A DNA stretch of 64,000 bases from an uncultured Solirubrobacterales bacterium (GCA_963777185.1 CAVZPU010000003.1:12865-76864); one strand, 5' to 3'; positions 20,530 to 30,203 are shown, counted from the stretch's first letter. The notes: generated by a model not told the origin, from the letters alone. Program-made: numbers and translations.

Positions 20530-20559
20530 CCTGAAACGGTTCACTGAACCGTTTCAGGA
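20529..20559. promoter_or_regulatory. Perfect 15-bp inverted repeat containing two LacI-type operator boxes
   Basis: tcctgaaacggttca-c-tgaaccgtttcagga, abutting the amidohydrolase ATG and upstream of the divergent LacI gene. Confidence 0.8.
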
Positions 20560-20626
20560 AAGCACAGACTTGGGCCGGCGATGCAATTGGCCACTCAGAG
20601 AGGAGCGACGCGGTACGGTTGGCCCG

Positions 20627-21645
20627 ATGGCCCCGCGCAGACGCGTCACCATCAAGGACGTGGCCACCGCGACCGGGCTGTCCCCGGCTGCCGTCTCCTA
20701 CGCCCTGCGCGGCGTGCAGACCTCGCCCGAGACCCAGGAGCGGGTCCGCCTCGCGGCCGAGGAGCTCGGCTACACCGGCAACGCCGTCGCTCGCGCCCTG
20801 GCCCAGGGCCGGACCGGGCTCGTCGGCGTGCTCGCGGGCTCGCTGCAGGACCTCGGCGAGCAGCGCTTCGTGCAGTCGGTCGGGCAGGCGCTGGAGGCCA
20901 AGGACCTGCACATGGTGCTGATCGACTCCGACGGCGATCCCGGCCGAGAGCAGGCCCTGGCCCGCCAGCTCGCCGACCAGCTCGTCGACGGCCTCGTCGT
21001 CTCGCCGCTCGATCCCTCCGGCTGCCGTGTGGGAGGACATCGGTCTCGACGCTGCCGGTGGTCTCGGTCGGCGACGCGCTGTCCGGTCCGACGGTCGGCG
21101 AGGTCCTATTCGACAACCGCGCCGGCGTGTCCATGGTGCTCGAGCACCTCCACGCGCTCGGCCACCGGCACGTCGCCGTGCTGACGCCCAGCCGGCCGGA
21201 CGACGCCCGCCCGGCCGGCGGAGACAGTCGTGCGCGAGGTGGCCGCCGCCGCTCGGGACTCGAGGCCACCACGGTCAACTCCCGGCATTCGATCGAGGCC
21301 GCGACCGAGACCGCCCTGGCGCTCCTGGCCCAGGAGCCACGCCCGACGGCGGTGTTCTGCCTGTCGGACTCGATCGCCTGCGGCGTCTACGCGGCGGCCG
21401 CACGCGCTCGGGCTCTCGATCCCCGACGACCTGAGCGTCGCCGGCTACGACGACCACCCGATCGCCCAGGTCGTCTCCCCGGCTTGACCTCGGTGGGCTG
21501 GGGGATGACCGACGTCGCCGTGCACGCCAGCAAGCTGCTCGCCGCCGCTGTCGAGGCCGGCCCCGGAGGGGCGCCCGGGCAAAGGTTTATGTCAGCCCCG
21601 AGCTCGTGCGCCGGGCCTCGACGGCGGCGCTGGTTTGAGGGTTGA
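20627..21645 (+). CDS. LacI family regulator (frameshifted)
   Basis: TIKDVATATGLSPAAVSYAL, GYTGNAVARAL, LGHRHVA, PTAVFCLSDSIA, IPDDLSVAGYDD. Confidence 0.9.
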
Positions 21646-21688
21646 CAAGAAGCATGCGGGACCGCATGCTCGCGGCACGCAGCGGCCC

Positions 21689-22906
21689 CTACCGGCCAGC
21701 GGGCGCTGACCCGCCGTCACCACCGAAGCTCGCCATGCCGGAGAGAGCGGGCTGCTGTCCCGTTGCCGGTGGCTCAGCGCGAGCGGCCGGCTGACCCGTA
21801 GCCGACGGCGCCGGTTCGTCGTGTCCGAAGCGGTCGCTGCCCGGCGCAGCCGGTGCGAAAGAGCCGGCGTCTCCCGAGTTCAGGTCCCGTTGACGGCAGC
21901 TGGTCAGCGCCAGGGCGAGGGCGAAGACGATCAGGCCGGCGAGCTGCTGGCGGGCCAGTCCGGCGCGACCCCGGATGCCGAAGGTGGGCCGGCGGTTGGC
22001 GGCGGTGTTGGCCACCGCGGTGAGCGCGAGGGCGGTGGCGCTGGCCGCGCCGGAGCCGGAGACCGGGGCCAGAGCAAGAAAGAGCAGCGCGTAGGCCAGC
22101 GTTGACGCCATCCCGACAAGCAGGAAGCGCGTGATGGGAGCGACCAGGGCCAGCCTCCCCACTCCCCGCAGGTCGGCCAGGGCGGTGGAGACGATGTCCA
22201 CCCGCGAGTCGAGATCGTCGACCCAGTCCACCGGCACCTCGTGTATCCGCAGGCCACGCCGTTGCGCGAGCATGAGCAGCTCGGTGTCGAAGAACCAGCC
22301 CTCGTCGCGCACGCCCGTGAGCAGCTCCGGCAGGACGTCGGCGCGCACGGCCTTGAACCCGCACTGGGCGTCGGTGAACCGGGCCCGCAAGGTGGCGCGC
22401 AGCAGCCGGTTGTAGGAGCGCGAGATGAGCTCGCGCTTGGCGCCCCGGGTGACGCGAGCTCCATGGGCCAGCCGGGAGCCGATGGCCACTTCGCTATGGC
22501 CGGAGAGCAGGGGCGAGAGCAGTGGCAGGACGGCCTTGAGGTCGGTGGAGAGGTCGACGTCCATGTAGGCGACGACGCGAGCTCGACTCGCCGACCAGGC
22601 GGCGCGCAGAGCTCGCCCGCGGCCCTTGCGCTCGAGACGCAGGAGGCGAACGCGGGGCAGCTCACCGGCCAGCGCCTCGGCGATCGCGGATGTGACATCG
22701 GTGCTGGCGTTGTCGGCGATCGTGATCTGCCAGGTAAACGGGAGATGGGCGGCCAGGTAGTTGTGCAGGCGGTAGATGGACGCGGCGAGCGCACGCTCCT
22801 CGTTGAAAACCGGAATGACGATCTCGACGTCGGGCGCCCCGGCGGCGCCGCGCGATGGCGCCCCGGCCCGGACCGGGAGACGTGTGAGTGAGGGGGCTGT
22901 CTGCAT
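21689..22906 (-). CDS. Polyprenyl-phosphate glycosyltransferase GT2 with truncated GtrA domain
   Basis: IPVFNEE, DNASTD, GRGRAL, YMDVDLS, DAQCGFKA, WFFDTEL; the GtrA part ends abruptly in an unrelated low-complexity tail. Confidence 0.85.
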   Translation of the reverse strand: MQTAPSLTRLPVRAGAPSRGAAGAPDVEIVIPVFNEERALAASIYRLHNYLAAHLPFTWQITIADNASTDVTSAIAEALAGELPRVRLLRLERKGRGRALRAAWSASRARVVAYMDVDLSTDLKAVLPLLSPLLSGHSEVAIGSRLAHGARVTRGAKRELISRSYNRLLRATLRARFTDAQCGFKAVRADVLPELLTGVRDEGWFFDTELLMLAQRRGLRIHEVPVDWVDDLDSRVDIVSTALADLRGVGRLALVAPITRFLLVGMASTLAYALLFLALAPVSGSGAASATALALTAVANTAANRRPTFGIRGRAGLARQQLAGLIVFALALALTSCRQRDLNSGDAGSFAPAAPGSDRFGHDEPAPSATGQPAARAEPPATGQQPALSGMASFGGDGGSAPAGR

Positions 22907-23084
22907 CTGCGCTCTCCGTGTCGGGATGGCTGACACGAAGAGCGTCGAGGACGTCAGTGGGAACGCCGTGAGACGGAGCTAAGGAATTCGCAAGGCCGCT
23001 CAGTCAGCGCGCCTCGGGCTCAAGCGGGCTGCTGAGCTGCCGATGCTACGGAGGCGGCCGAAGCGAGAAGCAAAGGATGTTCCC

Positions 23085-24428
23085 TTGAAACGCATCTTCG
23101 CCGGCGTCTGCGCATTGGCCTGCGCGGTCGCTTTTCCAACGTTGTCATCAGCCGCCAGCACCGGGTACGCGGTGATGGCCCGAGCCGCGACGGTGGGCAA
23201 GGTGACCGCCTTTGACGGCTCATCGCTGACCATCCAGACGCCCGGGCGCAGCTCGGGGGTGGTCAACGGGCTGGTGGGCGCCGCGAATGCCGTCACCCGG
23301 GCCGATTACCCCTACGTGTGGGGAGGCGGTCACGGCCAGGCGGGCGTCGCCAGCATCGGCTCACCTGGCCCCGGCTACAGCGGCCACACCGTCGGATATG
23401 ACTGCTCGGGTTCCGTGGCCGCGGTTCTGGCCGGCGGCGGGCTGTGGCCGGCCGGCAGCGGCGTGCCCAACGACGCGGGGATCATCAGCACCTTGCGCGC
23501 AGAGGGGCTGATCGTGCCCGGGGTGGGCACCGGCTCGGTCTCGGTCACCCTCTACGACGATCCCGGCATCCACATCTTCATGAACATCGACGGCCACTTC
23601 TTCGGCACCTCCGACGGGCGGGGCGGCAACCCCAGCCAGCGCAGGGGCGGCGCCGGTTGGCTCAACGACGGGGCGCCCGACGCGTCCAGCGGGGCCTTTA
23701 GGGCCTACCACTTCATTGCCTCAGCGCTCCGGGCCGGCACCGGGTCCAGCCACAGCCTCACGTTCCAGGTCGGTCAGCTCACCGGGCCCCTCAGCGGGTT
23801 CGTGGCGGGCGAGCGGGTGAAGGTCAGCTACGCGGAGGTGAGCACGGGGAGCATGTTCGCGACCTCGATCACACTCCTGGGTGCCACGACAACCGGTGGC
23901 AACGTGATCTCGGTGGGAGCCAAGCGCAAGTCGTTCGTGCTGCAGACGGTCGCCGGCAAGCGGCTGACCCTCCGGGTGACCAAGGCCGTGGCGCGCGGGC
24001 TGCAGCCCGGTGACGGGGTCGCCCTGACCTACACCACGAATGGGAAGGCCAAGATCGTCCGCGCGCTCAGGGTCACGTCGACGCCGGGGGCGGTGAATGC
24101 AGGCGGCTCCTCGCCGTCGAGCAGCGCCCCCGCGTCAGGTTCGGGTGGCAGCGCGGGGGGCAGCGGATCGAGCGGTGCCGGTGGGTCCAGCGGGTCGAGC
24201 GGGAGCGGCGGATCGAGCGGCGGCGATGGCTCGAGCGGCGATGGCTCGAACGGCAGCTCGGGCAACGACGGCACCGGCAGTGGCGGTGACGGCGGCGGCT
24301 ACGTTGGTTACGGCGACGGTGGTCCGGGCGGAAACGGCGGTGGTGGCGGCTACGGCGGTGGTGGTGGCGGCGACGGCGGCAACGGGGGCGGTGGCTACGG
24401 CGGTCAAGGGGTCCAGTTCGGTGGCTGA
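23085..24428 (+). CDS. Secreted NlpC/P60-like cell-wall peptidase with OB-like repeats and Gly/Ser tail
   Basis: Signal peptide; PYVWGGGH, YDCSGSV, HIFMNIDG; G-x-V...G-D/E-x-V repeats. Confidence 0.75.
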   Translation: MKRIFAGVCALACAVAFPTLSSAASTGYAVMARAATVGKVTAFDGSSLTIQTPGRSSGVVNGLVGAANAVTRADYPYVWGGGHGQAGVASIGSPGPGYSGHTVGYDCSGSVAAVLAGGGLWPAGSGVPNDAGIISTLRAEGLIVPGVGTGSVSVTLYDDPGIHIFMNIDGHFFGTSDGRGGNPSQRRGGAGWLNDGAPDASSGAFRAYHFIASALRAGTGSSHSLTFQVGQLTGPLSGFVAGERVKVSYAEVSTGSMFATSITLLGATTTGGNVISVGAKRKSFVLQTVAGKRLTLRVTKAVARGLQPGDGVALTYTTNGKAKIVRALRVTSTPGAVNAGGSSPSSSAPASGSGGSAGGSGSSGAGGSSGSSGSGGSSGGDGSSGDGSNGSSGNDGTGSGGDGGGYVGYGDGGPGGNGGGGGYGGGGGGDGGNGGGGYGGQGVQFGG

Positions 24429-24512
24429 ATCGCTCGGCCTCCGGTGTGGGGCGTCAAACGGGAAAATACGGCCGGTTTTGCGCCCCACCCCCCGGTAGAA
24501 GCACCGAGGCGC

Positions 24513-24725
24513 TCAGCTGAGCACGACGCCGATCCCGAGGGACCGAGCGGTCTCCAGGCACTGGCGGCGACCGCGGAGGCCGAGGGCTCGGCAGAGCAGC
24601 CGGCCGTCGGGCCCGAGGAGCGACCACCCGTCGTCGCTGGGGACAAGGCGGCAGTGGTGCAGCACCTCACCGGCCCCGGCCGAGCAACGCCCGTTCTGAA
24701 GTTGAATGGCGGTAAGCGATCTCAT
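24513..24725 (-). CDS. Small hypothetical protein
   Basis: 70-aa ORF filling the intergenic gap; no recognisable motif. Confidence 0.45.
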   Translation of the reverse strand: MRSLTAIQLQNGRCSAGAGEVLHHCRLVPSDDGWSLLGPDGRLLCRALGLRGRRQCLETARSLGIGVVLS

Positions 24726-24811
24726 GGGTGAGACGATGGACCGCGGTTGTGAGAAAACCGGCAACGCGCGCTAAGCGCAGCGGAAAATTTGCGCCACTTC
24801 TCGGCCTTCGT

Positions 24812-25192
24812 CTAGCTATCAGCGCTTGTGCGAGGCGCGTGGGCCGCCTCCCACAGGCGGTGCTTGTCGGCAAGCGGTAGCAGCCGCCAGCGCCGGCCGC
24901 TCTGTTGCCAGACGTAGACGCTCACGTCGACGACGCTGCGCACGTCACTCAGAGCGCGAACGACCTCGCGCAGGCTGGCGCCGTCGGCGAGCGACTCCTG
25001 CGTCATCACATCGACGACCTTGAACCGGCGGGGCGCGCGTGGCACGGGCGCTTCGGTCTCGGTGGGGCGCTGGGGTGAGCGGGGCACGCGCACGGGCTCG
25101 GGAGTGACGGGACGCTTTGTCACGCTTTCGAGCGGCACCATCTGCGCTCCGGTGCCCTTGGTCTCCGTATGAAGAATCCAGGTCTTGCCCAT
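24812..25192 (-). CDS. Hypothetical protein
   Basis: GGAGG SD then MGKTWILHTETKGTGAQMVPLE...FKVVDVMT...WRLL. Confidence 0.7.
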   Translation of the reverse strand: MGKTWILHTETKGTGAQMVPLESVTKRPVTPEPVRVPRSPQRPTETEAPVPRAPRRFKVVDVMTQESLADGASLREVVRALSDVRSVVDVSVYVWQQSGRRWRLLPLADKHRLWEAAHAPRTSADS

Positions 25193-26368
25193 ACCTCCAC
25201 GATAGACCCCGTCCCGACTAAGGCCTGGGCGCTGCGGCGAGCGGTCGGCGTGGCCTTGGGCGGCGTTCGCGCAGGCCGCCGAGCCAGCGTGCCGCGATCG
25301 CCTAGCGAGATCGGCCCGGCGTGGCTGAACGCTGTCCTGTGCCGGGATACGCCCGGGGCCCAGGTCCGGGCGGTCACCACCGTCGGCGCCAGCGCCGGCA
25401 CCACGACGCGCCGGGCCATCGAGGTGACCTACAACGAGGCCGGCTTCGACGCCGGGCTTCCCACCCGTCTCTTTCTCAAGGGCACGGTCACGCTGGCCCA
25501 GCGGCTGATGCTCGGGCTGGGCGGATTCATCGCCGGCGAGCCCGGGTTCTACGTCCACGTCCGTCCCGAGCTCGAGATCGAGGCCCCGGCCGGCTACTTC
25601 GGCGCCGTCGAGCCCCACTCCTGGCGGTCGCTCGTGGTCATGGACGACGTCACGGCCACGCGCGGCGCGCACTTTTGGCAACCGTCACACCGGGTCACCC
25701 GCGCGGAGATCGAGGACCTGCTGCGCACGGTGGCCACCTGGCACGGCGCGCTGTGGGACAGCCCCAGGCTGACCGGATGGCGCTGGCTGAGAACCCCGGC
25801 CGCGCAGATGGACCTGATCGACAGCCTGATCGGCCTCGCCGACCGCCGGGCGATTGGAGCCGAGCGGGCGCGCGCCGTGATCCCCCACCCCCTGCGAGGA
25901 CGCCAAGCCGACCTCTATGCCGGCATGCGCCGCTCCATGCACATCGCCAGCCGGGGTCCCCAGACGTACGTGCATGGCGACCTGCACGTGGCCAACACTT
26001 ATCGCACCGCTCTGGGGCGAATCGGGGTCAGCGACTGGCAGACCAGCCTCAGGGGGTCGTGGGCCTTGGACTACGCCTACCTCCTCGCCACGGCGTTGAC
26101 CGTCGGGGATCGCCGAGCCTGGGAAGGCGAGCTTCTCGACCTCTACCTCGACAAGCTCTCAGCCGCCGGAGGCGCGGCGATCCCTCGGGCCGAGGCGTGG
26201 CTCGCCTACCGCCAGGCCACTTTCTATCCCTACTTCGCCTGGATTTACACCATCGGTCGCTCCCGCTTGCAGCCCAGCTTCCAGCCCGATGCGGTGAGCT
26301 TGACCATGGTGGAGCGGATCGGCGCGACCATCGATGATCTCGACTCGCTCGGCGCCGTGGGGCTGTGA
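25169..26368 (+). CDS. Aminoglycoside/choline kinase-like phosphotransferase
   Basis: VHGDLHVAN, SDWQ, LDYAY; start uncertain. Confidence 0.85.
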   Translation: MKNPGLAHTSTIDPVPTKAWALRRAVGVALGGVRAGRRASVPRSPSEIGPAWLNAVLCRDTPGAQVRAVTTVGASAGTTTRRAIEVTYNEAGFDAGLPTRLFLKGTVTLAQRLMLGLGGFIAGEPGFYVHVRPELEIEAPAGYFGAVEPHSWRSLVVMDDVTATRGAHFWQPSHRVTRAEIEDLLRTVATWHGALWDSPRLTGWRWLRTPAAQMDLIDSLIGLADRRAIGAERARAVIPHPLRGRQADLYAGMRRSMHIASRGPQTYVHGDLHVANTYRTALGRIGVSDWQTSLRGSWALDYAYLLATALTVGDRRAWEGELLDLYLDKLSAAGGAAIPRAEAWLAYRQATFYPYFAWIYTIGRSRLQPSFQPDAVSLTMVERIGATIDDLDSLGAVGL

Positions 26369-26388
26369 CACGGCTCTAAAGTGAGCGG

Positions 26389-27288
26389 ATGGCGAAGCTC
26401 CTGAGCCCCGGCCAGCGCCCCTCGCTGCGGGAACTCGTCGCCGGAGACGAGGTGATCCTGGCCCCGGGGTGCTACGACGCGCTCGGGGCCCGTCTCGTCG
26501 AGGAGGCGGGCTTCCCCGCCGCGTACATGACCGGCTTTGGCAGCGCCGCCTCGCGGCTCGGACGACCGGATGTCGGGCTCATGAGCTTGCCGGAAATGGT
26601 CGACAACGCCCACCGCATCGCGCACGCGGTGGGCATCCCGGTCATCGCCGACGCCGATACCGGCTATGGCAACGCCATCAACGTCATCCACACGGTCCAG
26701 GAATACGAGGCCGCCGGCGTGGCCGCCATTCACATCGAGGACCAGGTCATGCCCAAGAAGTGTGGCCACATGGAGGGCAAGCAGCTGATCGAGGCTGGCG
26801 AGATGGCCGCCAAGGTCGCGGCGGCGGTGGCGGCCCGCAGCTCGCCCGACTTTCTCATCATCGCCCGCACCGACGCGCGGGCCGCCGAGGGCCTGCCCGC
26901 CGCGCTCGAGCGGGCGCGGCGCTACCGGCACGCCGGCGCGGACATGCTGTTCGTGGAGGCGCCGCAGTCCGAGGCGGAGATCGAGACCATCGCCCGCACC
27001 CTCGCCGACGTGCCTCTGCTGTTCAACTACGCCGAAGGCGGCAAGACCCCGCCCGTCGCCTACGACGCGTTGCGAGGCCTCGGTTTCAAGGTCGTCATCT
27101 TCCCCCTAAGCGCGCTGCTCGCCACGACCGTGGCCGTGCGTGACGTCCTGGCCCGCATCAAAGCGGATGGAACCCCGATCGACGCTCTGCCGTCCATGCT
27201 CGGCTTCGGCGAGTTCCTCGATTTCATCGGCCTGCCCGAGGTCGAGGAGCTCGACCGCCGCTTCGCGGCCGGCGCCGACGGACGATGA
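26389..27288 (+). CDS. Isocitrate lyase/PEP mutase family enzyme (methylisocitrate/dimethylmalate lyase-like)
   Basis: DADTGYG, IEDQVMPKKCGH, IARTDA, EGGKTP. Confidence 0.93.
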   Translation: MAKLLSPGQRPSLRELVAGDEVILAPGCYDALGARLVEEAGFPAAYMTGFGSAASRLGRPDVGLMSLPEMVDNAHRIAHAVGIPVIADADTGYGNAINVIHTVQEYEAAGVAAIHIEDQVMPKKCGHMEGKQLIEAGEMAAKVAAAVAARSSPDFLIIARTDARAAEGLPAALERARRYRHAGADMLFVEAPQSEAEIETIARTLADVPLLFNYAEGGKTPPVAYDALRGLGFKVVIFPLSALLATTVAVRDVLARIKADGTPIDALPSMLGFGEFLDFIGLPEVEELDRRFAAGADGR

Positions 27289-27340
27289 CTTCGGCCCGGG
27301 GGCGGCGTCTACACCTTCGAGAGCCGACACGGAGGAAGAC

Positions 27341-27898
27341 ATGGGAGAGATTCACGTACACGAGTTCATGACCCTCGACGGCGTGATCGACACACCGACG
27401 TGGACGTTCGAGTTTGGCTTTGACCCGCAGATGGGCGAGGCCATCGGGGCGATCACGAGCCATTGTCGCGCCATCCTGCTCGGGCGCACCACCTACGAGA
27501 TGTTCGAGCCCGCCTGGTCGAGACGCACCGCCGATGATGACCCCGGCGCGCCATTCTTCAATGACACGGCCAAGTACGTCGTGTCGGGCACGCTCGCCGA
27601 GGCGACCTGGAAGAACTCGACCATCCTCGGCCCCTATGCCCCGGACACGATCGGCGACCTGAAGGCGTCAGTCGACGGCGACCTCTACGTGAGCGGCAGC
27701 GGCACCCTGGTCCGCGCGCTGCTCGCCGACGGGCTCGTCGACGCGCTGCATCTGTTCGTCTTCCCGCTCACGCGGGGGGCAGGGCCGCGACTCTTCGAGG
27801 CCGGCGGCCCGTCGCTGAAGCTTGATCGAGCTGCCTGCCGGGCCTACGAGAACGGCGTCGTCTATCTGGCCTACCGGCCGGGCTCACCCGCTTCCTGA
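27341..27898 (+). CDS. Dihydrofolate reductase/RibD C-terminal family protein
   Basis: TLDGV, LLGRTTYE, KYVVS, GSGTLV. Confidence 0.9.
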   Translation: MGEIHVHEFMTLDGVIDTPTWTFEFGFDPQMGEAIGAITSHCRAILLGRTTYEMFEPAWSRRTADDDPGAPFFNDTAKYVVSGTLAEATWKNSTILGPYAPDTIGDLKASVDGDLYVSGSGTLVRALLADGLVDALHLFVFPLTRGAGPRLFEAGGPSLKLDRAACRAYENGVVYLAYRPGSPAS

Positions 27899-27920
27899 CG
27901 CGGGCTACATTCCCTCGGTG

Positions 27921-28679
27921 ATGGAGCACCGTCGTTTCGGGCGCACGGAATGGTTGGTGCCAGTCGTCGGCCTCGGCACCTGGCAGACCTTCGATGTCGC
28001 GCCGGAGGCCGAGGGTCGCGCCCGTGAGGTCGTCGACACGGTATGGGCGGAGGGGACGCGACTGTTTGACTCCTCGCCAATGTACGGACGGGCCGAGGGC
28101 GTGCTCGGCCGGGCGTTGCGCGAGCATCGAGCCGACGCGTTCGTGGCCACGAAGATCTGGACGCGGTCGCGGTCCGAGGCACGAGGTCAGTTCGAGGATC
28201 AGCTCGCCTTCTTCGGCGGCCGGGTCGACCTCGAGCAGGTGCACAACCTCGTGTCCTGGCGCGAACACCTGGACTGGCTGGAGGAGCAACGCGACGCGGG
28301 ACGGGTCGGCTACCTCGGCGCTACGCACTACTCGCCGAGCGCCTTCGGCGAGCTCGAACAGGTCATGCGCTCGGGGCGCATCGATGCCATCCAGGTGCCC
28401 TACAACCCGCGCGAGCGCGAGGCCGAGCGCCGCATCCTGCCCCTCGCTGCCGAGCTCGATCTGGGCGTCATCGCCATGCGGCCGCTCGGCGGCGGCTCGC
28501 TGGCCCGGCGCTTTGACGCCGGCGAGTTGCTCAAGTGGACACTGGCCGACGAGCGCGTCCACGTCGCCATCCCCGCCACCTCGAGTCCGGCTCATGCCCG
28601 CGCCAACACTGCCGCGGGAGCGCCGCCGTGGCCGGCGCCGGAGGAGCGCCGGCGGTTGCTCAGGACGGCGGGAGGCTGA
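27921..28679 (+). CDS. Aldo/keto reductase
   Basis: VGLGTWQTF, DSSPMYG, ATKIW, QVHNL, IPATS. Confidence 0.9.
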   Translation: MEHRRFGRTEWLVPVVGLGTWQTFDVAPEAEGRAREVVDTVWAEGTRLFDSSPMYGRAEGVLGRALREHRADAFVATKIWTRSRSEARGQFEDQLAFFGGRVDLEQVHNLVSWREHLDWLEEQRDAGRVGYLGATHYSPSAFGELEQVMRSGRIDAIQVPYNPREREAERRILPLAAELDLGVIAMRPLGGGSLARRFDAGELLKWTLADERVHVAIPATSSPAHARANTAAGAPPWPAPEERRRLLRTAGG

Positions 28680-28712
28680 GCGAGGCGCTATGGCGCGCGT
28701 GCCGGAACTGGG

Positions 28713-29561
28713 TTAGCGCATGGAGCCCATCGCGGGCATGGCGGGCTGCCCGCCGCGCGGGACCGCCAGCCCCGGCACCGCCCGGGGCACGGCGATCACC
28801 CCGACCGCCAGAACGATCAGCAGACCGGCCGTTGACCACGTCGCCACCCGGCGCCACGGAAGCGTCTTCTCGAGGGCGATGAGGGCGGCGATGAAGGCCA
28901 TCCAGGTGACGCTCATGATCCCGAGCGCGAACAGGCCCGCCATGAGCGCCCAGCAGCAACCAAGGCACCACGCGCCGTGCCGCGAGCCCATCTCCAGCGC
29001 CCCGCGGTTGCCGTCGCGCCAGGCCCCGAGCAGGAAGCCCAGCGGGCTGCGGCACTTGCCCAGGCAGACATCCTTCAAGGGCGTGAGCTCATAGAGGGCG
29101 GCAAGGAGAAGGATGCCGCCCGCGAACCATCGCCCTCCGCTGCGCCACGCCAACTCGTCGCCGAGGATGCTCCGCCCAGCCGCGAACAAGGCGTAGGCGA
29201 CGAGTCCAGCCGCCGCCCAGATGAGCAGATAGCCGGCCGTGAAGAGCAGCGGCCGGCTCCAGCCACGCTGCCGGGTCATGCGCGCGTAGAGCGCGGTGGT
29301 CGGGGCCAGCGAGGGGAACATCATGGCGGCCATCATCACCACCCACACCCCCAAGAACCATCCCAGCGCCCCGAGATCCGTGCCCGGGCCGGCGTCCATG
29401 CCCGCCATGCGGTCGACCGTCGAGATCCACGCCAGCGCGGCCAGGAGAAGCAGCAGTGTGACCAGACCAACGCGGCCACGCACGGCGGCGAACGCGGCCG
29501 AGAGCTCGCCTTGCTTGGCCGAACCGTCGGCCAAGGAGGCGGTCGAGCTCAATTCGACCAT
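28713..29561 (-). CDS. DUF2182 metal-binding membrane protein
   Basis: MMAAMMFPS, YELTPLKDVCLGKCRSP, CLGCCWALM; start uncertain. Confidence 0.9.
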   Translation of the reverse strand: MVELSSTASLADGSAKQGELSAAFAAVRGRVGLVTLLLLLAALAWISTVDRMAGMDAGPGTDLGALGWFLGVWVVMMAAMMFPSLAPTTALYARMTRQRGWSRPLLFTAGYLLIWAAAGLVAYALFAAGRSILGDELAWRSGGRWFAGGILLLAALYELTPLKDVCLGKCRSPLGFLLGAWRDGNRGALEMGSRHGAWCLGCCWALMAGLFALGIMSVTWMAFIAALIALEKTLPWRRVATWSTAGLLIVLAVGVIAVPRAVPGLAVPRGGQPAMPAMGSMR

Positions 29562-30151
29562 TCGAAATGCGACGTGGAGAAGGCGGAGTTGCCCTCGTAG
29601 CGGACACCGAACGCGTCGATGCGCGACCGCGTCGCATGGGCGACGGTCAGCTCGGAGCCCGCCGGATGAAAGACACCGGTCAACCGCACCGGCGTATCCG
29701 TGTCGGCGCCGAAGGGCACCACGTCCTCGACTTCGAAGTCGACCGCGTCGCCGATCCGGACCGAGTGGCGGAGCCCATCCTCGCGCACCTCGATCGGCGC
29801 CCGCTCGACCCCGAGGTTTTCCCCGATCAGACCTCCCAACGCCTCCATGGGACCGCCCAGAGCACCGGAGAAGACGCCGCCGAGCTTGTCGGCCTGCTCC
29901 TCGGACGCGGCGGCATCGATGAAGACGCCCAGGCGCCAGTTGCCCTCGCTCATGATCTTGGGCGTGTCGGCGACCGCGGCGACGGTGAGGCCGCTCACGT
30001 CGGTGCCCTCCACATCACCCTGCTCGACGTGGAAGACGAGCGTGACCCGGCAGCGGTCGTAGGTGGCGCCGAGGGCCAGCGACGCCGTACACGGGCAGAC
30101 CACGTGGCAGGAGCACGTCTCGAAGTAGGACCCTTCCAACTTCCACGACAT
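29549..30151 (-). CDS. DUF1326 family protein
   Basis: WKLEGSYFETCSCHVVCPC, FSGALGGP. Confidence 0.9.
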   Translation of the reverse strand: MSWKLEGSYFETCSCHVVCPCTASLALGATYDRCRVTLVFHVEQGDVEGTDVSGLTVAAVADTPKIMSEGNWRLGVFIDAAASEEQADKLGGVFSGALGGPMEALGGLIGENLGVERAPIEVREDGLRHSVRIGDAVDFEVEDVVPFGADTDTPVRLTGVFHPAGSELTVAHATRSRIDAFGVRYEGNSAFSTSHFEWSN

Positions 30152-30203
30152 CCGAGCCCTCCTCTCTCTGACCAGCTGATTATCTCCGGGCGCGCGTGCG
30201 GGG

